From Botryllus schlosseri (taxonomy: Eukaryota): a stretch of DNA of 64,000 bases. The stretch is taken from assembly GCA_051294905.1 (NCBI GenBank), contig CM119385.1:24056001-24120000 (forward strand). The letters are read 5' to 3'. The translations under genes were made by a program, and so were the position numbers. This document shows positions 37,181 to 50,300 of the stretch, piece after piece; position 1 is the first letter of the stretch; the number at the start of each line of letters is the position of its first letter. The notes under the pieces were generated by a model. It saw only the letters and a program-made list of their open reading frames with translations. It did no database searches and was not told the origin of the DNA.

Positions 37181-38312
37181 CAATTCGATTGTATGCTGAA
37201 GATGTGTACTTCGAAGGATGTATAAAATATGACACGGTCATGCTCCAAGATGAATGACCGAATCTTGAACCGCCAAACCTCTTGATCAGACCTTGGCTAT
37301 ATGTTAATCTCATTTTTGACGCTGCAGTCGTATGAGATTACCGGTGGAAATCCGAAGTTTGCTCTCATGACTAAAATAGGTTACATGATACTTCATAGAC
37401 ATTAACAGAGCTGAGTTATGGCTGCCGTATTTGAGGTTGAAATAAAATCGTTTGGTAACGACGCCTTGAGCAAATGGCGCAGTGACGATAGAACTAACTT
37501 CACATCGCTGTCCCTTTTCCAAGATTATGATTTGCCGTTAATCGCTTTTAATTGGTTTGTAATGAACACACGCTTGAGATGAAGTGATTATCCGAAAAAG
37601 CCCTGTTTGGTTCGCGTCGGCCTTCAACAAGAGTTGAACCAGCTGACGGCCACTGGTTTTCTAAATAGTTCTACTTGTAGATGCGCATCAACTAGAAAAC
37701 ACGTCGTCGTTTGTGAGATCGCTTAGGATTTCAGCGAGGTTTTTAAAGGCCGTCAGTTATTGAAAATGTTCGTAGTTCAAGTCGAAATCCAGTTGCATCT
37801 TTTGCCAAGACGTGGAGTTCACGTACATCGCCGGTCGTCATTGCCGCGCGTACGAATTGCGGAGATCTCGGAGCAAGAGTCTGCGGCAGACCAGACTGAC
37901 GCGCACGAGAACTTTCCACGGAGGTAGCCTCGTTGTGCGGGAGTGGTCAGCGATGGAGTAGAAGTAGCTCAGTTAGAAGTAGACTCTAAGACTTGGGGGT
38001 TTTGTGGCAGTCCCCCGGGGACAAAAAGGTTGAGAACCATTGTTCTAAGACATGCCGTTGGTAGTTGTAATAGAAGGAGAGAATGTCAAGCGAGTTGTTG
38101 AAATGTAAATTCCGAAACTGTTTTATTATTTCTGGGTTCGTTTCCTGAAAGAAATGAAGTAAATGTTCGTGCTGACCACTCTGTGTGTTCGGTGTCGTCA
38201 CAATGTAGCCCTGTTTGTGTCCATGGTCGTTGTGACGTCATCGTGGAGTTGAGCGTGTCGTGACGTGATCGCCCTTGCGCCAAACATCGTGACGTCACGT
38301 CCGTATTTCCAG

Positions 38313-41300
38313 GAGTGTCGTCGAACGACACGCGTCGATCTTCGATTCGCTACGAGCCGGTCGACACGCCCCCTTCTCCGGACCTACGTCATCACAGACA
38401 CGACGTGATGACGTCGCGCCACACGGACGACGACGTCACAGACGAGGAGGAGCGCATGGAGGAGGTCGATGACGTCACGAGCATGGAGGGCAGGAGCGCG
38501 GAGGAGACGCGACCTTTGAACCCGCGACGCAGGATGTCGTCACCCGTCGTCATAGAATATCCTCCCCGGGACCAGTACCTGAGACGTGACGTCACTTCCG
38601 TCCTGGCCAGGACGAACTCCGGAACCGTTTATTCCGAAGCCAGACATTCCAACCGGACGAGACTGCATCCGCAAGGTGGCGCCGCGCAGTCGCAGGCCAA
38701 CAGCCTGTACAAACCCAAGGTCTTTGTTTTTATTTCTTTTATTTTTCTGTTTCTTTATGACGCGCTCTCCCGCAGATGAACACGATCGTGACGTCACGTC
38801 TGCCCGCGTCGCAAACGACCCAGTTCGACCCGGTGGTGATGACGTCGATGAACCCCGCCCACGAGGCCGACCAATCGGAATGGAGCTACTTGGGAGGGTC
38901 CAACGTCAGGTGACCAATAATGAATTGCAAAAATGATTTCCATTAATACGCGCCTTATCGAGATCGATTTCAAGCCTCGCGGGAAATCTTTTCAACCCAA
39001 TACGATATTAAGAGGTAGCGAGGAGGTGAAAGGTCGTTGCAAAAATAACAACAGACTCCTAACAGATCATTGTTATGACATATTCACTAAACAGTGACAT
39101 CAACTATAGTCGATGATCATCAGAATTATCTGAATCCTCGTAATAATCTTAATACTGAGACATTACGTCAACGGATATTCATATCATTTTCATTTGCGGG
39201 TTTTTAGCTCTAAAATCTAAAACAGACGTTGGCGTTCATTCATTAATTTGGATTTTTGTAGTTTATTGTTGTTTATTTTCATAATTTTTCAATCTATCGT
39301 TGCCATACCGATTGGATGAGTCGCTGTGTGAGGTCACAGTCGACGAAGCGATTTAAAACGGCCGTTCGAACTTGTTTGGCCGCGTGCGTGTGACGCAACA
39401 GCGCCTCTCTATGTCAAAGCCAGACTCGCTCTATGACTCATAACGCTCGGAATGCGGTTCTAAAACGAAATGGATTCGTAGAAATGACGGTTTTGGTTTT
39501 TGGCCGAGAATTTTTCTTCCCTTAATCCGAGATCGCGTTTCGTGAGCCGCGTCTGTTTGTGTTGCAACAATAACATCGCTCGCTTGGGTTCAAACGCGCA
39601 CAGACTTTTGATAACGCGCTCGTTGCCGGTGCTTGTAAACACTTTGTTCGTTGGCATTACAATATTAAAAATTTGGTCAATTTTCGGTGAACTACCGCTA
39701 TAGGAAGACCTCCGTAACAGGATTGACGTCACAGTAACTCGCACGTGGTCGCGCTCGCCGAAGCGTGCGGTTATTGTGACGTCAATCTTGACCATGGATG
39801 TCCGCGTTTGTCGCAGGAGTCCGTTTCCGTTTCCTGGCGGCGTGGCGTCCCCTCCTCTTCACCCGGGCGCGCCAACTAGCGGGGAAGACACTGCGGCTAG
39901 GTTCATGAAGCGACCTTCTCTCGCGAACGCCTACAATCACACGAGATGCATCGGGTGCGTTTTGTGGCCTAATATGGAGGAAAATGTCGTCGCTAATGTC
40001 CGATATATTTCTTCAGGAACCCGTCGTACGAAAAGTCCGGCTTGAAAACGTTGAAAAGCAAGTTTCCGTGCAGATGCTCGTGGAAATGCGCCGCTCTTTT
40101 TTTCGCTATTTTATCTTTCTTGCTTATCGCCTTTCTAGCTTACTTTTTAGGTGAGTTTATGTCCTAATTCTCCTTGTTTCCTATGCTCTGCATTGGAGTA
40201 TTTGGCTGTAGGAAGGTACTAGCCATCAACAAACATCTATATTTCCTGTTACATTCACTTATTGAACTTGTAAAAGGTCGACTCCTGTAAGTAGAGAGAT
40301 AATGGCATGGTGATCTCATTTACGGACTGTACAGTTGATAAAATCACGCACTTGGCTCCTTACAACGCCCGCTTATTCCAACGAAATACTGTTTGTGTTA
40401 AGCGGACGTTAAATAAAGCGTGAAAGCTGCAGATATGGCCGCTTTATAAAACTTCTATGTGAACGAGTTCCCCGTAGTAGACAATTCGACTTGCTCATTG
40501 CAACTTCTCATTCACTCTAACAGTGGGATGAATAAATTTTCGAATAGGAAAATATTGTGTTAGTTTAAGCAAGACCTTTACATTGTCCGCCGTTATCTGA
40601 TCGTTTGTTTTCTTGCCAGTTCAATCATTTGCCACAAATCGCGCGCATGTCAGTTGTCAAGTCACCAGCAAGCCTATAGAAGGGGCCGGTACGATTTCTG
40701 TCGTCGACAGCCAAGGTGAGTGAAGTTTGATTGTCTTAATCGCATAGGAGGGGTGGTTGGTGCCAATCATGATTGCTAGCGTGTCTTGCTCTGCGTTTAA
40801 ATCCTGTGTTCTATGTTATAATACTTGTTTATCTGATCTCTGGATTGTGATCGGATAGTTGTATTAATTAACACGAAATACGTTAGATGTGTCATGTCTG
40901 TTGTTGTTCTAACAGAACATTTCGTTCTCCACAGTATGTGACCTAACACCGCCCTTCGTGCGGTAGATATGTCGTCTATTTCTACGCGCTTCGACCCTAC
41001 ATCGGCACAACAGTTTGCTGAATAGATAGAACCAAAAACATTGGAACAGTGGGTCTGAAGTTATCTAATAACTGCCTCACCGTGAATATGAAATTCCATA
41101 TATACTTGATCATTTCCTTTTTAAGTCAGAGTATCAGTGAGCACCGAATGAATATCGATCTATTATCTGTCAAGCTCCAAATTCCGATTATTAGGGTTAG
41201 CATATTGCCACGACTGCTGGTGTTTTATTTGCTTCTTTTTCCCTGTTATTTCATATGGTTTGCAAAGCTGTTAAAATGAATGAACTGCGTCACTCCGCTG

Positions 41301-44300
41301 ATATGGTGATGAATACTAATGAGATCTTTGCAAGTCTTCCGTCATATTCATGTTGATTTTTCACGAATCAATAAGCTGTCTGCGTGTTTGTAGACACGAT
41401 CGACAAATTTGAGATGCAAACAGGGAGGAGGTCCGCGGTCCGAGCCCCTCCAAACTCGTTTTGGAGATCGTCCATTTATATTCCGAACGATGCAAACGTA
41501 AAGTTTAATTTCACCGTCGACAGAAGGTCGTCTATTGGAGTCTACGGTCGGAAAGGCATTCAGCCGACCCACACTAAGGTATCCCACTTTTCATTAATTT
41601 TTATTTTTAGTACCATACCACTGTGATGAAACTGTCATATGGGCGGCTATATGCGGCCAGAAATTGCGTACGTGAGTTATGCAACCGCGACCTATATGAT
41701 ACAGTGACCGAAAATATCGTGGAAAGAAGTATTGCAACTCCATACAGATGTAGCGCGAAGGATGACAACATTTCTGAACTTTCCACGAAAACAGTCCCTG
41801 AATTTTTCCGTCTTGGCTTATCTCTCTTATTGAAAGTACATAGAAGTAGAACTGGCGGAAAATTAGATTATTAAGTATACTGCAAGCAGGGGAAAACTAT
41901 TTGAGTGCTTAGAAATAAGTAAGCAAGCTCCTAACTGACCACATCTGCATAAAATTCAGCGATATATTCGGCACCGATTACTTGATGACTTGAAATTGAC
42001 TCGTAAATTTTGCTTCAATTCAATACTGAATCCACATTTTTGAAATGCCGAGTCGAGTCTACTCGAGTCTGACCCAACACTGGTGAACAGCAAATATAGG
42101 TTTAATTTCTACACGAACTCAAAATCCGAGTTCAAAATGCCAGCCAACATACATTCAAAAAAATCAAGCTCTGTATTTTAATGATTGAGTGGGATTCGAA
42201 GAGTCAATATGACAAAGATTCCCAACTATGATGTCTAAATCTTCCCTAAGCTTGCAAAATACAAGCGGAACGTCCGAACACCAAGCTCTCGCTTAAGCGA
42301 ACGCTGAATAGGCTCAAGCATAAGCTGTTAAAGCTGTATTATTTTGGGCGCAAACCAGGTTTTCATTACCACCTTCCGTCGACCTGAAATCGACCGCGGG
42401 TTCGAGCCCGAACAACACACCTCGATATGAACACTTCGATTGAGGATACAGTGAATTTTCAGTGCTGGCTCGTCCCTTAGGGCATCGTCTCACCAGCAAT
42501 AATAACATTAATGCATTATTTACATACGCATAGCATTAGATAATAACGAAATTCGCGTTATATTTTGTGTTTTCGCTTGTAAATGCCCAAGCCGCTATCT
42601 ATTCCCTACGTTGCAATGACTTAGTTATCGCACTAGGCGAAATTAGTTATATTTTGAACCGGTATAATTTGCAGTACGGGTCTCAGCTTTCCCGTGGCCA
42701 GTTACTGGTCAATGATTTTTCTCTGGCCGCCATTGGCAGGCCACCATTTCATACCGATTGGATATTATCTAAACCATGTATTTTCTCAGTTTGACTTCTT
42801 CGAGAAGATCGACGGCTCTTCGGTTCCCGCCAGGAGCAAACGAGCCATCGTCGACGACGTCACAGTGAGCTTCATCCGTCTGCTGAGCGGCGGAAAATGG
42901 TTCATTTCGGTTTTCAACGACGATTCGGACGAATTAGAAGCGATCGTCTCTACTAATATCATTCTCGGTCTGTCCGTCTGTCCTAACAACTGCAACCAAC
43001 ACGGAGACTGCATCGATGGAGTTTGCAAATGTTTCGCGCAATACAGAGGAACAGATTGTGGGCAAGGTGAGCGCCCTTCGATATAAGCTTAGTAACAAAA
43101 CAGTTATCCCCACGACACCAAAATAATTTTTTAATGTTCCCTTAGCGTAATCTAAACCTAACTAGAACTGGAAAAATAGAAAATTTTCAGCTTTTACGAA
43201 TTACAATCAGAATGCTAATGATAGCTGTACAGTTTTTCACCAAATTAGACTAGAATTAGTATTTAGAATTCTTTTAAATTATATTACTATTTGAATTATT
43301 GAATTGCCAGATGAAATCCAACAAAAATCAATTTCAGTTCCCGTCAAACCAGAGTTGATTCTCAAAAGCATGATAATATCTGTACAGCAAACTTGGCTCG
43401 TTTATCGCGACACAGTTCTCTTGTATTTTCAGCAAAAGCAGAAATTAGATTAGAATTAAAATGACAGCGTAGAAACATTTCGCAAAGTAGTTTAGGATTA
43501 AATTACAAGAATTCTCTCGTTCAAGTCTGCCTAATATCCCTACCGTGAAGCATAATGAATTTTCATTCTAATTCTCATACCCCAATTTTTCATCCCAGCC
43601 TCGTGCCCAGTAGTGTGCAGTGGTCGTGGTCTGTACGCTCATGGAGGTTGCGTCTGCTTCTCTGGTTGGAAGGGAGTGGATTGCTCGACTCCGACCGACC
43701 AATGCGAGGTCCCGGATTGCAGTGGGCGTGGCTCTTGTGAAGAGGGAGAGTGTGTATGCGATCGGGGATGGACCGGACTTGGATGTGAAACAGGTCAGTC
43801 TATTCTACTTGGACAATCGGATAAATCAACCTATGTTTTCACCCATGGATTCACAGTGTGCTTCGTCAAGGAATTTATGATGTTAGACTGTTTCCACAAG
43901 GTTCCGAGTCGCGAGTCACTGAGACTCTTGTAGTTTTGACTCAAATCGAGTCCATTCATTTTCAATTCCTCACCGAGTCAAATCTGAGAAATGGGTCGAG
44001 TCCGAGTCAAAGTCATAAAGTTTACTGTTCGGTGCCGAGTTCAAGTCAGGTTCAACTCAATTCTGTGAAACTCTTGGGTGATATCGAAGGCCTCGGATTC
44101 ATAATATACTCCTATTTCTCACTCTAAATATGCTTATTCAAACAGATCAAATACAGTTTTTGTGCATATATTTCAATTATCTGTCCTGATATGTCAGACT
44201 TGAATAAGTCATACCTGACCACCTCTATGTACCTTTACAGTGACTTGTCCCGATCCTTCGTGTTCAAATCGAGGAGTCTGCGTCAGGGGCATCTGCCATT

Positions 44301-47300
44301 GCGACCGCGGATGGAAAGGTCGCGTTTGTGACGCCGAGGACCCCGGGTACTTTGAGAAATGCAGCGGACATGGCTTGCTGTCCGAGGGGGGCTGTGTATG
44401 CGATGCTGGCTGGTCGGGAAGCGATTGTTCTCAAGGTACGGTGTGGCTTGCAGTAGCGTGGTAGCCATTGAATGATATTTTCATATTGTATATGACGTTC
44501 TTCAGACTTGTATTAGTTCGTTGACGGTCAACAAAAACTGTTTTTTAGTCATTCTAGTTCTAGTTCTAGTTCTATTAAAATCTTTTTCATGTAGGCCTTC
44601 AACTAGAAAACATGTGTACAATCTACTTACTTGAAGGCCAATGAACAACTGTTTTTTGAGTAGTTGTAGTTGCAGTTCTAATTCTACTTAGTGCATTTTG
44701 AAAAGTGAGTAGTTCTAGTTCTAGAAATAACTACCAATGAATCGTGATACCGGTGTTCTGTTGTGTGATGTTGTTGCAGCTATTACTAGCTCACAGTCAT
44801 CCCCACTGGCAGTGGCGTAGTCAGGGGGCAGGTTTTGGGCTCGAAACCCCTCTGATTTCAAACTAGAAATTTCGACCTGTTAAAAATGCAGATTCTATCT
44901 TCAATATTTCTGAGATCATTTGCAATAATTGAAAATCTAATTAGTTGTGTTTTAGTTGGTTAGTTGCGGATTTTTGAAGATCGTTCTGGGTCTAGCTCTA
45001 GTTTAAGTTGCGGATTCGCAAAAGTGAGTAGTTCTAGTTCTAGCTTCAGTTGCACATTTCGTAAATCCAGTAGGTTGTACAAGTCTGAGAATCTTCAAAT
45101 ACTAGCGTGGTAGCGTTTGCAGTAACACGCGTGTTTTCGTGGCTAACACATTTCACTTTTTTCTTTTCTCCTCACCCTCACCACATCATCGAATGTCATC
45201 GCTTCATGCAAACATCGCATTGTTTCGCTCCTACCCCCCTTCACCTTCACCCGTAGCTGCATGGTTTTCACCAAACTCGACCCGGACAACAACAGAAAGT
45301 GCCACCTCTCCTTCAGCTGCTTGCCTGCCCGCTTGCCACCCCCAGCACGGGAGCTGCGTGTTAGGGAAGTGCGAGTGCGACCAGGGGTGGGCCGGGGACA
45401 CTTGCTCACAACGGACCTGCCACGAAAGGTGCCAGGAGCACGGACTATGCTCCAACGGGGAGTGCGTTTGCAAAATGGGATGGAACGGAGACTTGTGCGG
45501 ATTTGGTGAGTCTGACTTCGTTTGCTACAAATAATGTCGTATATTTCGACCCAGCACTAATACAAGTAGTGATTCTCGAGTCAATATTGGAAGGGGGCAC
45601 AAAAACAGTCATCGAGTTCAATACATTTTTCCGCAATGACTACAGCCTTGAGAGTTCAGTACCGATACTCTCCTATTTAAGTAAGATAGGGGGTCTAGAC
45701 TTACTCAATCAGACAGGACCGATTTGAAGTAAAGGCATAAATTTCCACTCAAGTATAAGTAGTGATTTCAATATATTTTTGACTAACTCTTGATAAGTGG
45801 CATGAAAGAAATGTCCAAATTTAGTAACACTAGTCATCTCTTTGTTACTGACCACCTCTACATGTTGGTATGAAGAAGAAGTCGAAGCAGTGTAAATTCC
45901 TACACAACTATTAGTAGAAGTAGTGGTTTCCAAGTAAGTAAAAAATGTGTAGTCTTGCTTAGGAACCTGTGAAGTGAAGTTCTAAGTATTCTAAAATGAC
46001 CAGTCGAGTAATTACTACTTTACTCCTGACCACCTCTGACCGGAAGTCCCTTTTTATCAGAGGGTTGCCCGGGCGAGTGCGGTATTCACGGGCACTGCAG
46101 GAAAGATCCCGAGAACGCGTGGTCATGTTCTTGCGACGTAGGATGGAAAGGAGTCGATTGCAACACGCAGGTCGAATTGAATTGCGACGACGGACGAGAC
46201 AACGATCGGGGTAAATTACAAAACGTACTAATTGTCTCTAGACCAATTAAAGCAACATGTCGGGAATCTCGGCCTAATCTAACATGTTCATGTTTTTATG
46301 CTCTCTATTTAATTGTAATCTCGTTTCTGGTTTTCGTGAAAATGCTACAGCAGAACTGTATCGTGCGAAACGAGTCAAGCTCTGTGTACAGACACTTGCT
46401 ATACTCTTGCTTATGAGAATGATATGAAGTGGACTTGATTTTTGGAATTTCAATCAATTTCGGAGTTGTCCAAAATTCATCCATTATAATTCTAATCTAA
46501 TTTGGAAAGAACTATGTAGCTATAATAGTAATTGTAATCTAATTTTGAAAAGCTGACAGTTTTCTAGTTGTCCAACTCTTCTTTTCACATCCCACCTCGT
46601 TTCAGACACTCTGAGAGATTGCCACGACCCGGACTGCTGCAGCGCGGCCGCGTGTCGAGCCAGTCCACATTGTCGCAGCCCCCCAGACCCCGCGGATTAC
46701 GTGACCAAGACGGGTCGGATCCCGGCCACTTTTCACGACCGGGTTCGATTCCTCGCGACCTCATCGTTTCAAAACGTAAATCCGGACAAGTTCGATCCCA
46801 GGTACGTGTCTTATTCGCAGATTCTTTCTGGAGGAAAAGAGACAAACGCTTAGTTTTTTTGTTTGTAATATTTTATTACGCAAAAGAACCTCCTAATACA
46901 ATTGAGTAATATATTCATACGATCCCTTCGAGTAAAACACGAACAAAACTTTTTCATTCATTTAATAATATAGTAATGAAACTTTTCTGTTTCCAGACTG
47001 ACTTCAGTTGTGCGCGGTCAAGTCGTGACTCTGGACGGATCTCCGCTGGTCGGTGTCAAAGTTCAGATCCAGAACAAAGCTACGTTTGGGTTCGTTCGAA
47101 CTCGATCCGACGGACGGTGAGTTTAACATGTTTGGCTTTCAGTTGTGTTTTTTTTTTTTAAATTATAGTTTGGTTTAGTTTCAGTATAGCATACTGATGT
47201 CGCAGGAGGTGTGTGAAGTGAAATGAAATATATGAAAGTTCACAAAAATGGCCGGATGTTCACATTTTTTCATGTTTGGCTTTTCGTTTAGCTTATAGTC

Positions 47301-50300
47301 AATGATATAATGGTATAGTCAATGTTTTATCTAAGCTCATAGTTAGTACTGATCTATCTGCTGCAGGTTTGACATGTTGTTGATCGGCGGCGGATCTGAA
47401 ACGCTCAAATTTGAACGCTCATTGCTACTGACGACGCAAATCTCTGTTTTCGTACCGTTGAACGATTTCGTCGTGATGCCGATCGTCGTCATGAGAACCG
47501 GGAGCCAACCTGAACAGACCGAAAACACAATGACCGACGGTTGCGATGTCAGCGCGTTTCCTCGACCTCAATCCGCGATTCTTCCGCAGATCGTCGACGT
47601 ATTTTCGGCCGGAGATTGCAAGGAACGAGGAAATATCGTACCAGAGATTCAGGTCTCAAATCATCACTATCTTATTGATTCCTACAAAACTTACACGGTG
47701 CCAGTTATACTCATTCCTATGACGTATTAGTGCCGTTTTAGGTGGATATCCTATTTTTTATCTACATATATTTCTGATGTTCCTTACATAATTTAACTCG
47801 TCCATGGCAATATCGGGCCATAATTAGGACTGGGCGGGAGTGATAACCTTTTTATTTTAGTCGTCGGCTTCACTAATTTCAAAGTAAGAGGGTCCACAAA
47901 ACCACTCAACGAAATTTAGGTGTACACACTAGAAAATAGGTTTGAAAATAGTGCTTTATACAGTATTTACTGTCATAGCCTAATGTACGTAATATATATC
48001 GAATTACTTCCAACAGTTGCACAGTTGTACAGTTGCATTGTAAAATTATATATAACATGTAGGCCTACCATTGTACATGTTACATCGTATTTCTTTCTTG
48101 AACTACATCTATCTTGCTACGACCTTTTCAGCATCATTTGTAGTTTTCCACCAAACAATATGTTCATATCACCAAATTTATTCCACTGGAAGCTTTTTTG
48201 TTGCAATATTGACTACTTATTTCTAAAAGCCTATTTGTAGTTCGAATTACAAGTCTGAAATTATTTTTCTTTTGCGATGATGAATCATTTTGATACCTCG
48301 TGACGAAGCTATACTTATTTCGCAGGCTGTTCGAGAATCGATCGGGCTTCCGTTTTCCGAAGTCGACCTTGTCTACATGAGCAGCCGAACCTCGGGATAC
48401 AAATCAAAGATCGAAGTTCAGTTGACCGGGTCCGAAGTCCCCGGAAACCTCCGACAGACCCTGGTTCGAATATCAGTGCAAGGAACTCTGCACGAGAAAG
48501 CGTTCGAACCTCTGCCTGAAACGAAATATTCTTTTATTTGGGATCGACTGGACGCTTACAAGCGACCCGTGTATGGTGATGTCACAGCCAAAGGTGAGAT
48601 TGGCGAGATTTTTGTTGGTTTTTCGAGTAATTTTTTAATTTCATGGTCTGAAATTTTGATTGCCTCGCGTTACCGTGAACCTCGCGTTACTTATGAATCT
48701 CAAGCAACTATACTCGATATTGTTAGCTGTTAATTGTTATTCACTAGAAGCTACATTTAGAATTTGATTCACTGTATTTAGGGTTGTTATGACTTGAGTC
48801 ATGACTCGACTTGTGTTGACTCGAATCGCAAATTTTAGTTGACTCAACCTGACAATTTGTGTATTAACTCATGCGCAACCAACTCATTTGACATTCCATA
48901 TGACTCATCCAAGTCTTGATACTTGAAAAGTAGGCCCGGAAACTGTCTTTAATCTCTTTAAGTGAACGTGTTTAAGAGTGAGAAATACTTTTGAATCTGT
49001 TAGAATTCGCTTCGTGTGGTGAGAGCTCTTGAAAAGAGGTACCCAGCAAAATCTTTGAGTTATAATAAATGCACAATGCCAATGAATGATAGAACAATAA
49101 ATATATTTCGCTTGTTTCTTTTGCTAATACCGCTTTTCCTGATTTTGTATATAGTTGTCCCGTAATGCATTGTATGACTGTCGATTATTCCATAAGCGCT
49201 ATAGCTGACCTATGCAAATTTTAAACTTCCCTAGCTGGACCTTTGCTAAAAATAGTTGAGTAGCCTTGGGTATTGCAATGGATGTTGTGATGAAAAATAA
49301 TTCATTTTGTTTGCAGTCGAGATTGGCTACAAATTCGAATCCTGCGCCGCCGTTGTCTGGGATCTCCATCTGACGAAAGTCAGGGGTCAAGATCCCATCA
49401 TGCAACAGTCCATCGGCGGTTGGAGTCTGAGCATTCACCATCGCTATCATTCCGGGGTGGTTCATCTGGGTAACGGTGGGAGCATGCAGTTGAACAGACA
49501 GCCCCCGATGATGTCCACGGTGATGGGCACAGGGGCTCAGAGACACACGAACTGCGAACAATGCACGGGTGAGTTGTGGCAAATTCTCTGTCTATAGTAG
49601 AGTTATTCAAAAATAACTCATTTGCACTGTTTACCTGAAAAAAATTGTTAGGTTGCCTAGAAAAAGGATAGACATCAAATTTGGCTCAATTCCGACCGTA
49701 GAACTGAAGTTATTATAAAATTTTTGATTTCCTAACAAAATGAAACAAAATCATTGGCTTCCCAATGAAATTGTTAGGTTACCTGTTGAACGATGCATAC
49801 AAAATTAATCTCTAATATGACCCATAAAAGCGAATTATTAGTGAAGAAAGTTTTGATTAAGATTTGGTAAAAAAATAAAAATTTCAATGGCCACCCCATT
49901 ATATTGTTAAGTTATCTCGCGAAAGAAACAATACAAGCAAAACAGTACCAAAAACAGCCCCAAGCTGCTCCAAGACAAAAATCTTCTTTGTCACATACAT
50001 AGCAAGAAGTTGGTGATTACTGTCTAGCGACCATGTTGATTTCATGTCATTTTGCAGGCCCTGCCTCTGAAGCGAAACTTCTGGCGCCGGTTTCTCTGGC
50101 TTGCGACGCGAAAGGAAATATCTTCGTAGGAGATTACAATTACATCAGAAAGATTGATACCAACGGTGACGTCAGCAGTTTGCTCTTTCTGCGAAATCCT
50201 CCTCATAAGGTGACTCGATTACCTTTTACCGTGATAGTAACACTCTTAACACAACTTTTGTTTACAACCAGTATTACGTTGGTCTGCTAAACTGTACAAT

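Noticed and set aside
37765-37921. GC-rich candidate exon ending in AG|GTAGCC
   Set aside because: The ATG frame ends in phase 2 and the phase-1 frame needs a phase-0 acceptor; neither fits the chain into 38313. Left unresolved.
9000-38000. Autonomous Penelope RT/GIY-YIG ORF, SL RNA, snRNA or rRNA genes
   Set aside because: Looked for by eye because of the hammerhead motifs and the operon hypothesis; none was recognisable in this window.
37992-38042. 51-bp hAT remnant (right TIR only; flanks CTCTAAGA/TTCTAAGA)
   Set aside because: Probably real but too truncated to classify or to matter.
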